Virus record (IMG/VR): IMGVR_UViG_3300020336_000481
Span: 32,001-96,000 of that record
From: a virus
Lineage: Duplodnaviria > Caudoviricetes
Strand: one strand, 5' to 3'
Length of the DNA: 64,000 nucleotides
The notes under the pieces were generated by a model that did not search any database, was not told the origin of the DNA, and saw only the letters and a list, made by a program, of their open reading frames with translations. Positions 1 through 10,203 of this stretch are shown in pieces (position 1 is the stretch's first letter; every line of letters begins with the position of its first letter). The position numbers and the translations under genes were made by a program.

Positions 1-1057
1 TTTCTGCAAACGCAGTACCAATACTTAAATCTTCTTCAGCAATTAGTTTAATTTTATCTCCAACGCCTTCTACATACCAACTACCGTTTGCATATTTGCT
101 AGGAGTAACTTCGCCTTGAAAAGTAATTTTCATTCCATTACTTAGAGTAACGTTTTCACCAGTAGTATAACTTTTCTTACCCAAAACTTCTGCTTCAACA
201 TCTATTGACTTTGCATCTGTTTGATCGTATACCCTAATGACTCCGCCGGCGTTTATTTCATCATCGCAAAGATAATATAAAATATCAGGACTGTCACTTT
301 CTAACTTAATTGTAATAGTACCTGTTTCAATACTGTTATTTGTTACGCCATTAGTATATAAAAAGTTTGAATCTGTATCATTTTTTGTTTTAATTGACAC
401 AGGAAGTCCTGGAGTATTAACATCTATTTTATATTCAACCCCTCTATATAAAACAAGTGTAGGGTTTTGTGTAAGTCCGTTAGGAGTAAAAACATATCCA
501 TAGTTGTCACCGTTGTTCACTAAATCTAAACTATAAGTACTTTTTATATCTATAGATGTTTTGCCTGTGATGCCAATAGTTTGTGGGCCGCTCGGAAGCC
601 AATAATATTCTCTAAAATTGCTAAACTTATCCCAGTTAATTTGAGGATCCCAAGCATATGATTCTTGACTATTTGTTTTACTATGGTCGTTAGTACTAAG
701 ATTAAAATTTTGCAACTGATTCATAAAGTCGTTATAGTCTTTATAGAATGTTACATTGTCTAAGGAGTCTTTAATAACTGCTGCTGGCTCTAACTGATAA
801 TCAGTACGTTGTTTTGTAACATCAGTAAGATATGTGTCATCACTGCTAAACGCCTTTGCTGATTCTCGTCCAACATAGCCGTTTAATTTTTCTACTACTC
901 CTGGTTGAATCATTTGATCCAACGTTGCAGCTAAAAATTTATTATTTTTTGTAGTTCTAAAATATTTTGGTAAGTGGTAGGCACTTCGTCTTTTATTAGA
1001 CTTATCTTCGTTGCCAGCTGGCAACGGAAATTCGTTTTGATTGTCATCGTAAGACAT
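1..1057 (-). CDS. Large baseplate wedge/virion structural protein (N-terminal part; runs off the left edge)
   Basis: Not in the ORF track. ATG at 1057-1055 overlaps the TAA of the upstream gene. Reads MSYDDNQNEFPLPAGNEDKSNKRRSAYHLPKYFRTTKNNKFLAATLDQMIQPG...WDKFSNFREYYWLPSGP. Follows the gp6-like gene, where T4 gp7 lies. Confidence 0.65.
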   Translation of the reverse strand, partial: MSYDDNQNEFPLPAGNEDKSNKRRSAYHLPKYFRTTKNNKFLAATLDQMIQPGVVEKLNGYVGRESAKAFSSDDTYLTDVTKQRTDYQLEPAAVIKDSLDNVTFYKDYNDFMNQLQNFNLSTNDHSKTNSQESYAWDPQINWDKFSNFREYYWLPSGPQTIGITGKTSIDIKSTYSLDLVNNGDNYGYVFTPNGLTQNPTLVLYRGVEYKIDVNTPGLPVSIKTKNDTDSNFLYTNGVTNNSIETGTITIKLESDSPDILYYLCDDEINAGGVIRVYDQTDAKSIDVEAEVLGKKSYTTGENVTLSNGMKITFQGEVTPSKYANGSWYVEGVGDKIKLIAEEDLSIGTAFAE

Positions 1058-4000
1058 TAGTAACTGTATCCTCCGCCACTAGAACTACTACTGCTTGATG
1101 TACTTGTACTTGTACTTGTATTTGTACTTGTATTTGTTGTAGTTGTTTCTGATACATATTCAGCACTTTGAATACCTGTGTTTGTACTTGCAGACGTTGT
1201 TGTAATAACACCTGATGCTTTTAATTTTGTAGCTGTTACTGCATCAATTATTTCAACATCGTCAACTGTTGCACCACTAATAAAGATTTCATCTGTTTCT
1301 GATTTAATTTCAAATAATGATCCAAACGCTTGGCTTTCTTGCGTTGGTACAATAACAAAAGTTACTAAGTCTGGTGCTAGTTGCCCCATTACATAACTAG
1401 ACATTTCTGTAAAATAAAACTTTTCTCCAAAGTCCCAGTTATCAAGAGCAAAATATTGATTGATTGCACTAACAATTCTAGTTTTTATATCATTATCGTT
1501 TAACACTAAGTCTGGATTTTTTACAACTTTAAATCTTGCCTGCAAACCTGTCTCCGCTTTAGTACCAAACAGTACTTTATACTTAACTGGATGATAAATT
1601 ACTTCATCACTAAGTGATTTAATTTTGTTAATATCTGGTCCGTAACTAATTGCAAGTGCATCTGAACTTGCAGGTAAAGGTTTTGTTGCAACTACATTGT
1701 TTAAATATTTTCTGTAACTGGTGTCGTATGTTTTTGTTAACACATATAAGTCTATAATATTACTTGCTGAGGGATCTATCCTTGAACTATCATCTGCAGC
1801 ATGGATATATTGAAACTTAATAGTGTCTCTTCCTAGTCTTGCTTTATAATCGCTTATTACACTATAAGTTCCCGTACTTTTAGTAAACTTTTCAAATATA
1901 TCTTCTTGTATATAATAAAATACTTGTCCGTCAGTATTTTTACTTGGAGCATTAGTGAGTTCGGATTTATTTCCAAGTACTGTAATGTTAGTTGTGCTAT
2001 CATAATTAAAATCTTCTACACCATCATCTGTTATTACTTTTTTAAAGAATATATATTTTGTACTTGCATTAGTTGTAGGAGCAACTATTTGTTCAAATAG
2101 ATCTGGATCGTCTACAACTCCATCTTCATCTTCATCAAAGAAACTGATTTGTATTTTTTTACTATCAATATAACCTTCTGCATCTCTATATTCTTCAACA
2201 ACTTCCCAATCCCAATCAGTTGTAAACGGTGTTAATACGTCAGGTTTTTTATTAATATCTAATATAGAAATTTTATCTTTAACAATTTTTCCTGTAAGGT
2301 TATTATAAATTTTATCACTAGAGTCATAATAAAATCTTACTTCTTGATCACTTTCAAATACATATCTCATAGATCTATATGTAATATTATATGTTTGACC
2401 GTCCGTTTCAAATAACAATATCCAACTTGCATCAAGTTGCTGATTTGTTGTATCTCCAGTTTTACCTGTACTAAATCCACTATACAAGTTTAAATTGTTT
2501 TCTGTAATTAAACGCCAGTTTCCTAAATCAATATCAAAACGTAAACCAAAAGTTCTATAATTAAAAATTTGATCTGTTACTTGTGTGTTAACATCATTTT
2601 GTAAAGTGTTAGATAAGTACGGAAGTATCTGTGTTAGTTTTGCACCTGATGGAATAATATCATTAAGTTGTATAGCACCTAATCCTGCATCAGTTTTTAC
2701 TGTGCCGTTACCTTCAACACTAACTATTTTTGTCCATTTGTAAGTTACTGCATTTGTGTGGTCTGCTGATCCTGTCATAAGTTTATGAGAATCGTCAGCC
2801 ATAAAGTGTTGCCCTGCTGGTGCTTCAAATTTTACTAAAGCGCCAGGTACAATTAATTTTAAATTATTACCCGTAAATGAACCTACAAAAGATTTTATAT
2901 CTCCTTTTTGGAAATATCCTGTATTTTGATTTGTATCTGTTGTTTCAGATAACCATGTCACACCCAAGTCGCCTACAAGTTTTTTAGGAAATGTATCGTA
3001 ATAATAATTTCTTACATTCTTACTTGCTAGTATAGGTTCAACTGTGTTTAAGATTGCTCCTTGTACATCAGTTTTTGTAGTAAAAGTAAAACTTTCTTTA
3101 GGGTTTAAATATTCTTTATATATTACACCGTCATTTCCATAAATGTTTGTTTTACTGTATTTGCCTGTAGCATCTAATAAATCAAAGTATCTGCTAATTC
3201 CGCTTGTAGTTCTATTAACAGCTTTAGCTTTAATAATTTCTTGATTAATACCTAATGGACCAACTTGATAGTCTTCGCCGGTTATTAATCTATTTTGTGT
3301 ATAATATGTGCTTGGAGCATTCTTTTTAATACTTGCACTAGTTTCACTTGTGCTAGAGTTATCAACTGTGTATTTTAATTCTAAACTAAGTGTAATTTCT
3401 TCTTGCTTTCCTTGTTTTGACAAATAAGGAATAGTGACGCTAATACCACGCATACCTTCTGGAGTTACAATAACTCTGTCTGCTCTACTATTTCTATAAT
3501 ATGTTCTAAAACTACCTTTTGGCAAGTTACCAAAAACACCATCTGAAAATATAAAACTAACTCTATCTTCTGCTCTTGTTAATACACTATAAATATTTCT
3601 AATTTTTTTGTTTACAGAATTATAAATTATATTATTGCCTTCTACAGCATCAACTTTTGTCCATAATTCTTCTTCGTTGCCTAGTGTGTCTAACTTGTAT
3701 AACCAAACATCGCTGTTGTTAATGTTTGTACTATCAATTGCAACTATTTGGTTTGTGCTAGGACTTGCTATTGTAAATTGTCCACTATCTAATGCACCTT
3801 GTTTGAACATACAGAAAAATCCGCTATTAGAACTTGCAGATCCTCTACCATCATTTCTATATAAAAATGCAAAGTTATTTCCAGGGTATGGTGCTTCTTC
3901 TACTATATCTCCGTCTACGTCTGTAGACACTACTTCAAATCTTGTTGACCTTCCGTCAACATTTTTTGTAAATCCAAAAGCAGGTACTTCTGTGTTAGTA

Positions 4001-4572
4001 CTATTAAGTCTATACTGTTCTGTTGGAATATCATTAACCGTTTCTTTTTTAACTGGTTTGCCAAATGCATTATTAACAGGTAATGCAGAATTTAATACTT
4101 TAATAAATTGCTCATACCAGTCTGGGTTACTAGGATCATTCCATATAATAGTTTGATCTTCTAAATTTACGCCATTAGCATCAATAACTTCTTCTGATGA
4201 CCGTATAGATTCTATTTTTAGCAATCCGTTTGCGTTTCTTACTCGCTTAGGATTGTATGACAGTAAACGTGCTAATCGTAGAACACTTTCTCTACGTTCA
4301 GCTAATTCTAGATAATTTTCTCTAGCATTTAGATCAATCCTAAACGCTATGTTTTGTCCAAGATATGCAATAAGATCAATTAGTGCAAGATACTCTGAAC
4401 TTTCAACATAATCATTAAAATCTTCAGGATAATTTTCACGCAGATAACTAATCATAGTTCTACGTAAATTGTCAAAGTCATAGCTCTGGAAGTCTGCGTT
4501 TCTAAAAGTTTGATATACTCGCTTCCAGTCTTCTGCTAGTAATAACCTATTTTGTCTATCTGTTGACGACAT
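1057..4572 (-). CDS. Baseplate wedge subunit, T4 gp6-like
   Basis: N-terminal DFDNLR..L...YPEDFNDY.ESS...ALIDLIAY...LELAERRESVLRLARLLSYNP pattern of gp6/baseplate J; ITGEDY motif; downstream of gp25-like gene. Confidence 0.85.
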   Translation of the reverse strand: MSSTDRQNRLLLAEDWKRVYQTFRNADFQSYDFDNLRRTMISYLRENYPEDFNDYVESSEYLALIDLIAYLGQNIAFRIDLNARENYLELAERRESVLRLARLLSYNPKRVRNANGLLKIESIRSSEEVIDANGVNLEDQTIIWNDPSNPDWYEQFIKVLNSALPVNNAFGKPVKKETVNDIPTEQYRLNSTNTEVPAFGFTKNVDGRSTRFEVVSTDVDGDIVEEAPYPGNNFAFLYRNDGRGSASSNSGFFCMFKQGALDSGQFTIASPSTNQIVAIDSTNINNSDVWLYKLDTLGNEEELWTKVDAVEGNNIIYNSVNKKIRNIYSVLTRAEDRVSFIFSDGVFGNLPKGSFRTYYRNSRADRVIVTPEGMRGISVTIPYLSKQGKQEEITLSLELKYTVDNSSTSETSASIKKNAPSTYYTQNRLITGEDYQVGPLGINQEIIKAKAVNRTTSGISRYFDLLDATGKYSKTNIYGNDGVIYKEYLNPKESFTFTTKTDVQGAILNTVEPILASKNVRNYYYDTFPKKLVGDLGVTWLSETTDTNQNTGYFQKGDIKSFVGSFTGNNLKLIVPGALVKFEAPAGQHFMADDSHKLMTGSADHTNAVTYKWTKIVSVEGNGTVKTDAGLGAIQLNDIIPSGAKLTQILPYLSNTLQNDVNTQVTDQIFNYRTFGLRFDIDLGNWRLITENNLNLYSGFSTGKTGDTTNQQLDASWILLFETDGQTYNITYRSMRYVFESDQEVRFYYDSSDKIYNNLTGKIVKDKISILDINKKPDVLTPFTTDWDWEVVEEYRDAEGYIDSKKIQISFFDEDEDGVVDDPDLFEQIVAPTTNASTKYIFFKKVITDDGVEDFNYDSTTNITVLGNKSELTNAPSKNTDGQVFYYIQEDIFEKFTKSTGTYSVISDYKARLGRDTIKFQYIHAADDSSRIDPSASNIIDLYVLTKTYDTSYRKYLNNVVATKPLPASSDALAISYGPDINKIKSLSDEVIYHPVKYKVLFGTKAETGLQARFKVVKNPDLVLNDNDIKTRIVSAINQYFALDNWDFGEKFYFTEMSSYVMGQLAPDLVTFVIVPTQESQAFGSLFEIKSETDEIFISGATVDDVEIIDAVTATKLKASGVITTTSASTNTGIQSAEYVSETTTTNTSTNTSTSTSTSSSSSSSGGGYSY
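1099..1134. repeat. Six tandem 6-bp units (tgtact/tgtatt) encoding the Ser/Thr tail of the gp6-like protein
   Basis: tgtact tgtact tgtact tgtatt tgtact tgtatt; encodes part of TNTSTNTSTSTSTS. Confidence 0.85.
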
Positions 4573-4591
4573 TCATTTATCCTCTTTTTAG

Positions 4592-4598
4592 TATTTAT
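4592..4598 (-). promoter_or_regulatory. Late (gp55-type) promoter ATAAATA
   Basis: T4 late consensus is TATAAATA; lies upstream of SD GAGGA and the gp6-like start. Confidence 0.7.
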
Positions 4599-4625
4599 TA
4601 TAAACGATTAAGTGCGTGGTTAATT

Positions 4626-5072
4626 CTATGTTAAAAACCCGGCATCTTCATCAAATTTAAGTTTTATACTTTCGCTTATGTTATAGGGCAAATAAGTTAA
4701 GGTACACTCTATTTGTATACCTGACTCATATTGATCTACTGTAATATTATCTACACCTACACGTGGATCATAGTTAATGACCCTAGTTACATTTTGTACT
4801 ATTGCATCTCGCATACCGTCAGTTAACGGTTCAAAAATAGCGTCCCAAATAATTGTTCCAAATTCAGGATTACTTAATTTTTCACCTTGTCTTATATGAA
4901 AGTGATTAATAATATCTTGTTTTATTAATGCTATGTCATAAAGAACAGGATCGTTACTCTCTGGATTTACTGTGCTAAATCCTCTGTAAGCCCTTGGAGA
5001 GACATCTTCAGTATTTTTTACATTACTTTTTACTGTAACTTGTTTGTATAAATTTTTTTCTAAAGTGCTCAT
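4626..5072 (-). CDS. Baseplate wedge subunit, gp25/GPW family
   Basis: L.DIALIKQDIINHF.IRQGEK..NPEFGT.IW..IFEP...DPRV pattern; 148 aa. Confidence 0.9.
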   Translation of the reverse strand: MSTLEKNLYKQVTVKSNVKNTEDVSPRAYRGFSTVNPESNDPVLYDIALIKQDIINHFHIRQGEKLSNPEFGTIIWDAIFEPLTDGMRDAIVQNVTRVINYDPRVGVDNITVDQYESGIQIECTLTYLPYNISESIKLKFDEDAGFLT

Positions 5073-5076
5073 ACCG

Positions 5077-5084
5077 TATTTACC
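5077..5084 (-). promoter_or_regulatory. Late promoter variant GGTAAATA, 4 nt before the ATG (probably leaderless)
   Basis: Minus strand reads GGTAAATACGGTATG; no SD between promoter and start. Confidence 0.6.
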
Positions 5085-5089
5085 TTAAT

Positions 5090-6481
5090 TTATGTCTGCT
5101 TTTTAAATGTGTCAAATATTGTAGTACTTGTTGCAGTAGGTTCAGTTGCTCCAGTTGATGACACAGTTTTGTCTGGTGTAAACTCTGCAGGATTTAAATT
5201 TTCATGTCCTTGCCACGGTTCGTGCTGTGGCACTCTATTAGGAGATGTTGCATCAGTTGCAATGGCTGCTGTTGGTCCGTTCATATGAATATTATCTGGA
5301 GCGGTCTCAGTATGTGTTTTAGCATTAATATGCGTTCCGTTAGCAGCGGTTAGTTTACCATCTACTCCTGCTTTGACTTCCCAATTTGCTCCTGTTTTTT
5401 GAAATATATTCTGAGCTGATATCATATTAATGTTATTACCTGCTTCAATATTAATATCTCTATCTGCTTTTAAATTAAAATCATTACTTGTGTGTATACT
5501 TACACTGTCTTGTGCAAAGATATCAATCTTACCATTACTTGTCATTTCTAACCAGCTAGTTCCTTTAGCATTGCTTATGTAAATTAAATCTTCACTGTTG
5601 TGTAAAAGTATTTGATGGCCTGTTCTAGTTCTAAGTCTAATTAATTCATTAGCAGGAATACTAGGATCTCCTCCTGTGTCACCTGCTTCTATATTTGCAT
5701 ATGTTGGACCAGTTGTAGATGCTGTACCTTTTCGTAATAACGAAGCATCTCCGTCGTCCATAACAAAACTACTTCCACCAAGCCTACTAAAAGGCACATC
5801 ACTTTGAGAACCTTTGGTTCCGTATTTTACTTTAGGTTTTCCGGATCTTTTATCTGCAGGTCCTGGAGTACTCCAACCAAAAACCATACTAGGTGCTTCT
5901 CTTCTAGCACTGCTAGTATTTGATCCTCTAATTTGATCTTCAAGTAATCCCTGTGTTTCTAAAATAGAGTATTGAAGATCGTTATGCGGTTTAATAAATT
6001 TTGTAGGATCTCTTCCTTTTGCAGTTTCTTGTTTTTTATTATATTCTGCTACAGGCAATGATTTTGTAGAATCTTTGTCATTAAATGTTGTACTTGCATT
6101 TCCTGGTACTGAAAAATTCATATACTCGTCTTGTATACAACCTATCCAAAATCCCTTGCCTGCATTACCTTCTACAAATATTACAAGTACCTTAGTTCCT
6201 ACATCAGGCGGTATTGCCCACATTCCATATGCTTTTTGAGTAAAGTCATATCCGTCATTTTTTGTTAGACCTCTAAAAGGTGTTACTCCATAAAATGGAC
6301 TTAGATATTGACATTCAACAATTTGTCCGGTAGTTTCTGATAAGTTTCCACTTTCTGTAATTTTTAAAAGTTCTACTTCTACTGCACCGCTAAATTTTGG
6401 ATCAAGATGATTTACTATTTTTCCTATAAATGGTCCTGAATTTGGCTTAGGTTGTGTAGCTGTTCTTTTATCTATACTCAT
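5090..6481 (-). CDS. Baseplate central spike, gp5/VgrG-like, no lysozyme domain evident
   Basis: OB-fold-like N-terminus (DP...G.VEV...YGMWAIPPDVGTKVLVIFVEG...FWIGC), RTRTGHQILL motif and beta-helix-like repeats. Confidence 0.8.
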   Translation of the reverse strand: MSIDKRTATQPKPNSGPFIGKIVNHLDPKFSGAVEVELLKITESGNLSETTGQIVECQYLSPFYGVTPFRGLTKNDGYDFTQKAYGMWAIPPDVGTKVLVIFVEGNAGKGFWIGCIQDEYMNFSVPGNASTTFNDKDSTKSLPVAEYNKKQETAKGRDPTKFIKPHNDLQYSILETQGLLEDQIRGSNTSSARREAPSMVFGWSTPGPADKRSGKPKVKYGTKGSQSDVPFSRLGGSSFVMDDGDASLLRKGTASTTGPTYANIEAGDTGGDPSIPANELIRLRTRTGHQILLHNSEDLIYISNAKGTSWLEMTSNGKIDIFAQDSVSIHTSNDFNLKADRDINIEAGNNINMISAQNIFQKTGANWEVKAGVDGKLTAANGTHINAKTHTETAPDNIHMNGPTAAIATDATSPNRVPQHEPWQGHENLNPAEFTPDKTVSSTGATEPTATSTTIFDTFKKQT

Positions 6482-8916
6482 TACGTTGCGCCACCTTCAC
6501 TACTATTCGTTTCAGTAATTTGATTTTCTTTATCACCTGAAGTAATAAGTTCTTGAAATAACTTACTACCTTTAAGTTTATTATCTGTTTCTTGATTACG
6601 TCTTCTAACACATTGCAAGTCTTGTTGGAATATACCTTTGTCAAATTTATTTTCTACCATTACAACTTGATACAAACCACTAAATGCTCCAACAGGAGCA
6701 AATCCGCCATCCGGAAAATGCATGTTGCCGTCACCTTGATAATCAATTGGTGTTCTAAAGTTTATTATAATATCTGTTTCACTACTTTGATAATTTACAC
6801 TTCCGTCTTTTGTAATATTAATAAAAGTTGGGTCGGGCTTTGATGTATAATTTCCAATTCCACTATCAGCAATATAATAAGGATCTCCCATAATAGTAAA
6901 GTTTACTACAACTAAATCTGCTGGACTATTGACGATAGCTTCATTTACATCTCTTGCAACTTGTGTTTGTGGATCTTCTAAGGCTCCGTCGCCACCAACA
7001 GTTTTTTTAGCACCAGTAGTTGTTTTTGTTTGTGTAGTTCCTGAGGAACTTACTGAGTTATCACCATCTGCTTGTTTTGTTACAACGTCTGCATCTGTAG
7101 TTGCCATTTGTCCAGCGGCACCTTCTTTACTTGCAAGTGAAGCTTGACCACGCATGTCTTGAATAGCAAGGAAAAATGCTGTATTAATTTCTATATCAAA
7201 TTCTAATATATCTTTATTTTCACCTGTGTATATGTAATTGTATATCTTTGCTGCTTGTCCTAATTGTTGTTTCCAGTTTGCCATAGGCTTTGACGGAGGA
7301 CTAAATCTAGAAGCACTTACTTTGTAAGGTACTATTCTATATACATAAACTTTTGGCGGAGCGCCTGTAGCATCTACAGTTTCACTGCTTGAAGCATTGT
7401 AAACATGTGTTTCTATCATAAACCAAGGTATCATGTTATTTTCATCTGGCACTGCTTGGCTTAACTGTCTACCATAATCACTGATAAGAATTAATTCTTC
7501 TATTATTTCTTGTATTTTTGTACCTGCAACAAAAGTTAATTTTGAACCTTCGTCAGATATAGTAAGTTTACCTCTTTTAAATGAGCCTGGGCTATCTTCA
7601 ATTTCTGAAAACTTAGCTTCACCAAATGGAACTTTTCCACCTTTAAGGTAATCTTTTACTACTTTAGCTTTACCAATGTCATTTATATTTTCTGGATTTT
7701 CAGCATACTCACGAACTGCTTCTCCTAACTGGCTTCTTTTTACTACTACTCCTAAAATTTCACTTACTTTAGCATCAAAGTCTGCGGGTATTTTTCCGTT
7801 TTGTATTCCTGTTAATGAATCATACAATTTTTGTTTTTGTTCTTCTGATAATTCTCGTTGTCCAGAGGATGATTCTGTTGTTGCTCCTGAGTCGCTTTCG
7901 CCTCCGGCTAAAACATTTTCTTCAGCAGTACTTTCTTTATTAGGAAAGACAAATACATAGTTGTCTGCTTTAGCAATTTGTTTTGCTTCTTCTAATGCTA
8001 AGGCTTTTGTGTTTAATATTGCAGATAAACTAGATGCACCTGATTGCAACAATTCTTCTATTGTTCTACCTTGTAGTACAATATCGTTTTTTGTAGTTTG
8101 AACATTATCTGTTAGAGCTTGATGGTTCCAAGGAATAGCATCAACATCATATGTGCTGCCTCCTTCAGTAACATTAAAGGAACTATTAATTATTTTAATT
8201 GGAAAATATCTTTTTGTTCCGGGGGCACTTACTATACGTCCTGAGCTGTCGTAACCTTTAAATTCTAAAGTTAATATGAATGGTGCTTGTATATAATTTT
8301 TATGCCCTGCTTGAAGTGCGGCTAACTGTAATGTTTGTAAAAACATTCCCATACTGTAAGGTTCAAGTACTTTAAAATTAAAAGATACTGCATTAGTTTG
8401 TCTTGTTTTAGGAGTTGGCGTAAGTACTGTGCCAATGTTGACATCTTCTATAAAAAATTCACAAGCGCCTTCGGTTTCATATTGTGTTAAAACTTTTTTT
8501 CTGCCACTGCCGCCACTTTTTAAAATTACAACACTTGGTCCTTTTACTCTGTATGTTTTGTCAGGATTATTTATTTCATCATCAGTTAGGCATCCTAAAG
8601 TGAAATTATAATTATAACTTGCAAATTTTTCTAATGTATTTGGCCAAGGAGGGAACCCTTGAAAACTACTAATTACTCCACCTAAACTTGTGTTTAGTGC
8701 AGCTTCAACTTGACTGTTAATTTTTCCTAAGGCACTTGTTAACGGTGATGCTACTGCATTTACTAAATCTTTTACGCCGCCTTCAACTGCTGACGCTACT
8801 CCGTTAATATCAATGTTTGAAGAATTAGCTAAAGTTGTGGCTGTTTTTTTAGCTTCTACAGATATATCGCCAACTGCATTTTTTCTTTCAGCAATGTTTT
8901 GAATATTAGGATTCAT
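6481..8916 (-). CDS. Baseplate hub protein (gp27/gpD-like)
   Basis: Lies between gp53-like and gp5-like genes; C-terminal I.GDPYY...FSGLYQV..VENKF..G.FQQ.L...R pattern typical of hub proteins. Confidence 0.6.
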   Translation of the reverse strand: MNPNIQNIAERKNAVGDISVEAKKTATTLANSSNIDINGVASAVEGGVKDLVNAVASPLTSALGKINSQVEAALNTSLGGVISSFQGFPPWPNTLEKFASYNYNFTLGCLTDDEINNPDKTYRVKGPSVVILKSGGSGRKKVLTQYETEGACEFFIEDVNIGTVLTPTPKTRQTNAVSFNFKVLEPYSMGMFLQTLQLAALQAGHKNYIQAPFILTLEFKGYDSSGRIVSAPGTKRYFPIKIINSSFNVTEGGSTYDVDAIPWNHQALTDNVQTTKNDIVLQGRTIEELLQSGASSLSAILNTKALALEEAKQIAKADNYVFVFPNKESTAEENVLAGGESDSGATTESSSGQRELSEEQKQKLYDSLTGIQNGKIPADFDAKVSEILGVVVKRSQLGEAVREYAENPENINDIGKAKVVKDYLKGGKVPFGEAKFSEIEDSPGSFKRGKLTISDEGSKLTFVAGTKIQEIIEELILISDYGRQLSQAVPDENNMIPWFMIETHVYNASSSETVDATGAPPKVYVYRIVPYKVSASRFSPPSKPMANWKQQLGQAAKIYNYIYTGENKDILEFDIEINTAFFLAIQDMRGQASLASKEGAAGQMATTDADVVTKQADGDNSVSSSGTTQTKTTTGAKKTVGGDGALEDPQTQVARDVNEAIVNSPADLVVVNFTIMGDPYYIADSGIGNYTSKPDPTFINITKDGSVNYQSSETDIIINFRTPIDYQGDGNMHFPDGGFAPVGAFSGLYQVVMVENKFDKGIFQQDLQCVRRRNQETDNKLKGSKLFQELITSGDKENQITETNSSEGGAT

Positions 8917-8917
8917 T

Positions 8918-9220
8918 TTAATATCCTAATAATTCTGCAAGACTTTCACCTTTAGGCAAATATATTTCTGTGCCTGCTACAAAGTCATATACTGGGTCTT
9001 TAAGTATACTTAAATTTCTTTGTGCAAACACCCACCATAATTTTTGATTGTCATATAAATCATATGCTAGTAGATCTGGTCGGTATGTGTATTGTGGTTC
9101 AATTGTATAAACAATGTCATCTGATTCTGCAGGGACCGGACGTATAGTTAAAATATCTAGATACTGATCATTTACAAACGTTGTGCTAAACCATGGACTG
9201 TCTGCATTATAGTTTGCCAT
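8918..9220 (-). CDS. Baseplate wedge subunit, gp53/LysM-like
   Basis: Y.YRPDLLAYDLY....LWWVFA..N motif. Confidence 0.8.
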   Translation of the reverse strand: MANYNADSPWFSTTFVNDQYLDILTIRPVPAESDDIVYTIEPQYTYRPDLLAYDLYDNQKLWWVFAQRNLSILKDPVYDFVAGTEIYLPKGESLAELLGY

Positions 9221-10122
9221 TATAAAAATCCTTTTTCGTCTATTAGATAATCACCGCGTACAAATTTATCTAACTTAAATTTACCAACAGTTGATCTACT
9301 GTAAATTGGTTGTACTACAACGGATATTGTACATCTTGTTGGTGCCCATGTTCCGTTGGGTCCAATTTGACACTTAATATAATCTACATCGTTTGGTAAT
9401 TCAACTGTAAACATTTGTACTGCGACTGGAACATTCTTAAATACATAATCTCCGTAACCGTTTAGTTGTACTATTGGAGGCGGTGTTCCTTGGTTTGCAG
9501 TATTTTCACCATATGCCATTTTAGTAACACTTCTTAAGTAGTGTACTGCTGCAACCCAATATTCTGCTTCTTTTGCATTTTCTATATAAAAGTCTCCAAC
9601 TATAGTCATTGCGTTCACTTGTGAGTTCTGATATGCAAAAAAAGGATAATTACTATGTACAGGTTGCATTGTGTTATAGTTAGCACTTTGCTCAATTACA
9701 ATTTGGGGCGTATAAGGAAAAACAAAACCATTGGTTTCAGCAAGAGGTAACAAAAGCGGACTTCCTGCAAACGTTGCTGGCATAGATAGTTTAACACGCC
9801 AGTCGTTATCGTTTGAACTTCCCCAATTAGCATCTGAAAATTTTGGAGATAGCGGATTGGCCCCAGTTAAAAGATTTACTGCTCTCAGAGCTTTACCAAA
9901 ACCTGTATCACTAACAAAACTCTGTATATTGTCTTTAGCACGAGTAATTGCACCACCAGTAAGACCGTCACCGACTTTCATTGCTGAGCCTAAAAAGTTG
10001 TTTACTGAAGAAGCAGCAATACTTCCGTTGGGTTTACCAGGAACATCTGCTCGTGGACTAGATGAAACACCTTGGTTTACTCCATTTCGTGACACTATTC
10101 CGTTTTTAAAGACTGTTGGCAA
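9220..10122 (-). CDS. Baseplate/tail-tube junction protein (gp48/gp54-like), TTG start
   Basis: FPYTPQI and PPPIVQLNGYGDYVFKNVPV.V..F.VELP motifs; SD AGGAG upstream of TTG; first gene of the baseplate operon. Confidence 0.55.
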   Translation of the reverse strand: MPTVFKNGIVSRNGVNQGVSSSPRADVPGKPNGSIAASSVNNFLGSAMKVGDGLTGGAITRAKDNIQSFVSDTGFGKALRAVNLLTGANPLSPKFSDANWGSSNDNDWRVKLSMPATFAGSPLLLPLAETNGFVFPYTPQIVIEQSANYNTMQPVHSNYPFFAYQNSQVNAMTIVGDFYIENAKEAEYWVAAVHYLRSVTKMAYGENTANQGTPPPIVQLNGYGDYVFKNVPVAVQMFTVELPNDVDYIKCQIGPNGTWAPTRCTISVVVQPIYSRSTVGKFKLDKFVRGDYLIDEKGFL

Positions 10123-10144
10123 AATTATCTCCTTTTATATAAAG

Positions 10145-10151
10145 TATTTAG
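10145..10151 (-). promoter_or_regulatory. Late promoter variant CTAAATA for the baseplate operon
   Basis: Minus strand CTAAATAC upstream of the SD; abuts the -35 of the divergent gp55 promoter. Confidence 0.55.
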
Positions 10152-10180
10152 TTGACAAAATTATCAGAGTATATTATAAT
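10152..10180 (+). promoter_or_regulatory. Consensus sigma70 promoter for gp55
   Basis: TTGACA (10152-10157), 17 nt, TATAAT (10175-10180). Confidence 0.9.
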
Positions 10181-10203
10181 AGAACATAAACCTAGGAGAA
10201 ACG

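Noticed and set aside
5090-6481. T4 gp5-type lysozyme domain
   Set aside because: No T4-lysozyme catalytic motif is seen, and there is no room for the domain between the OB-fold and beta-helix regions.
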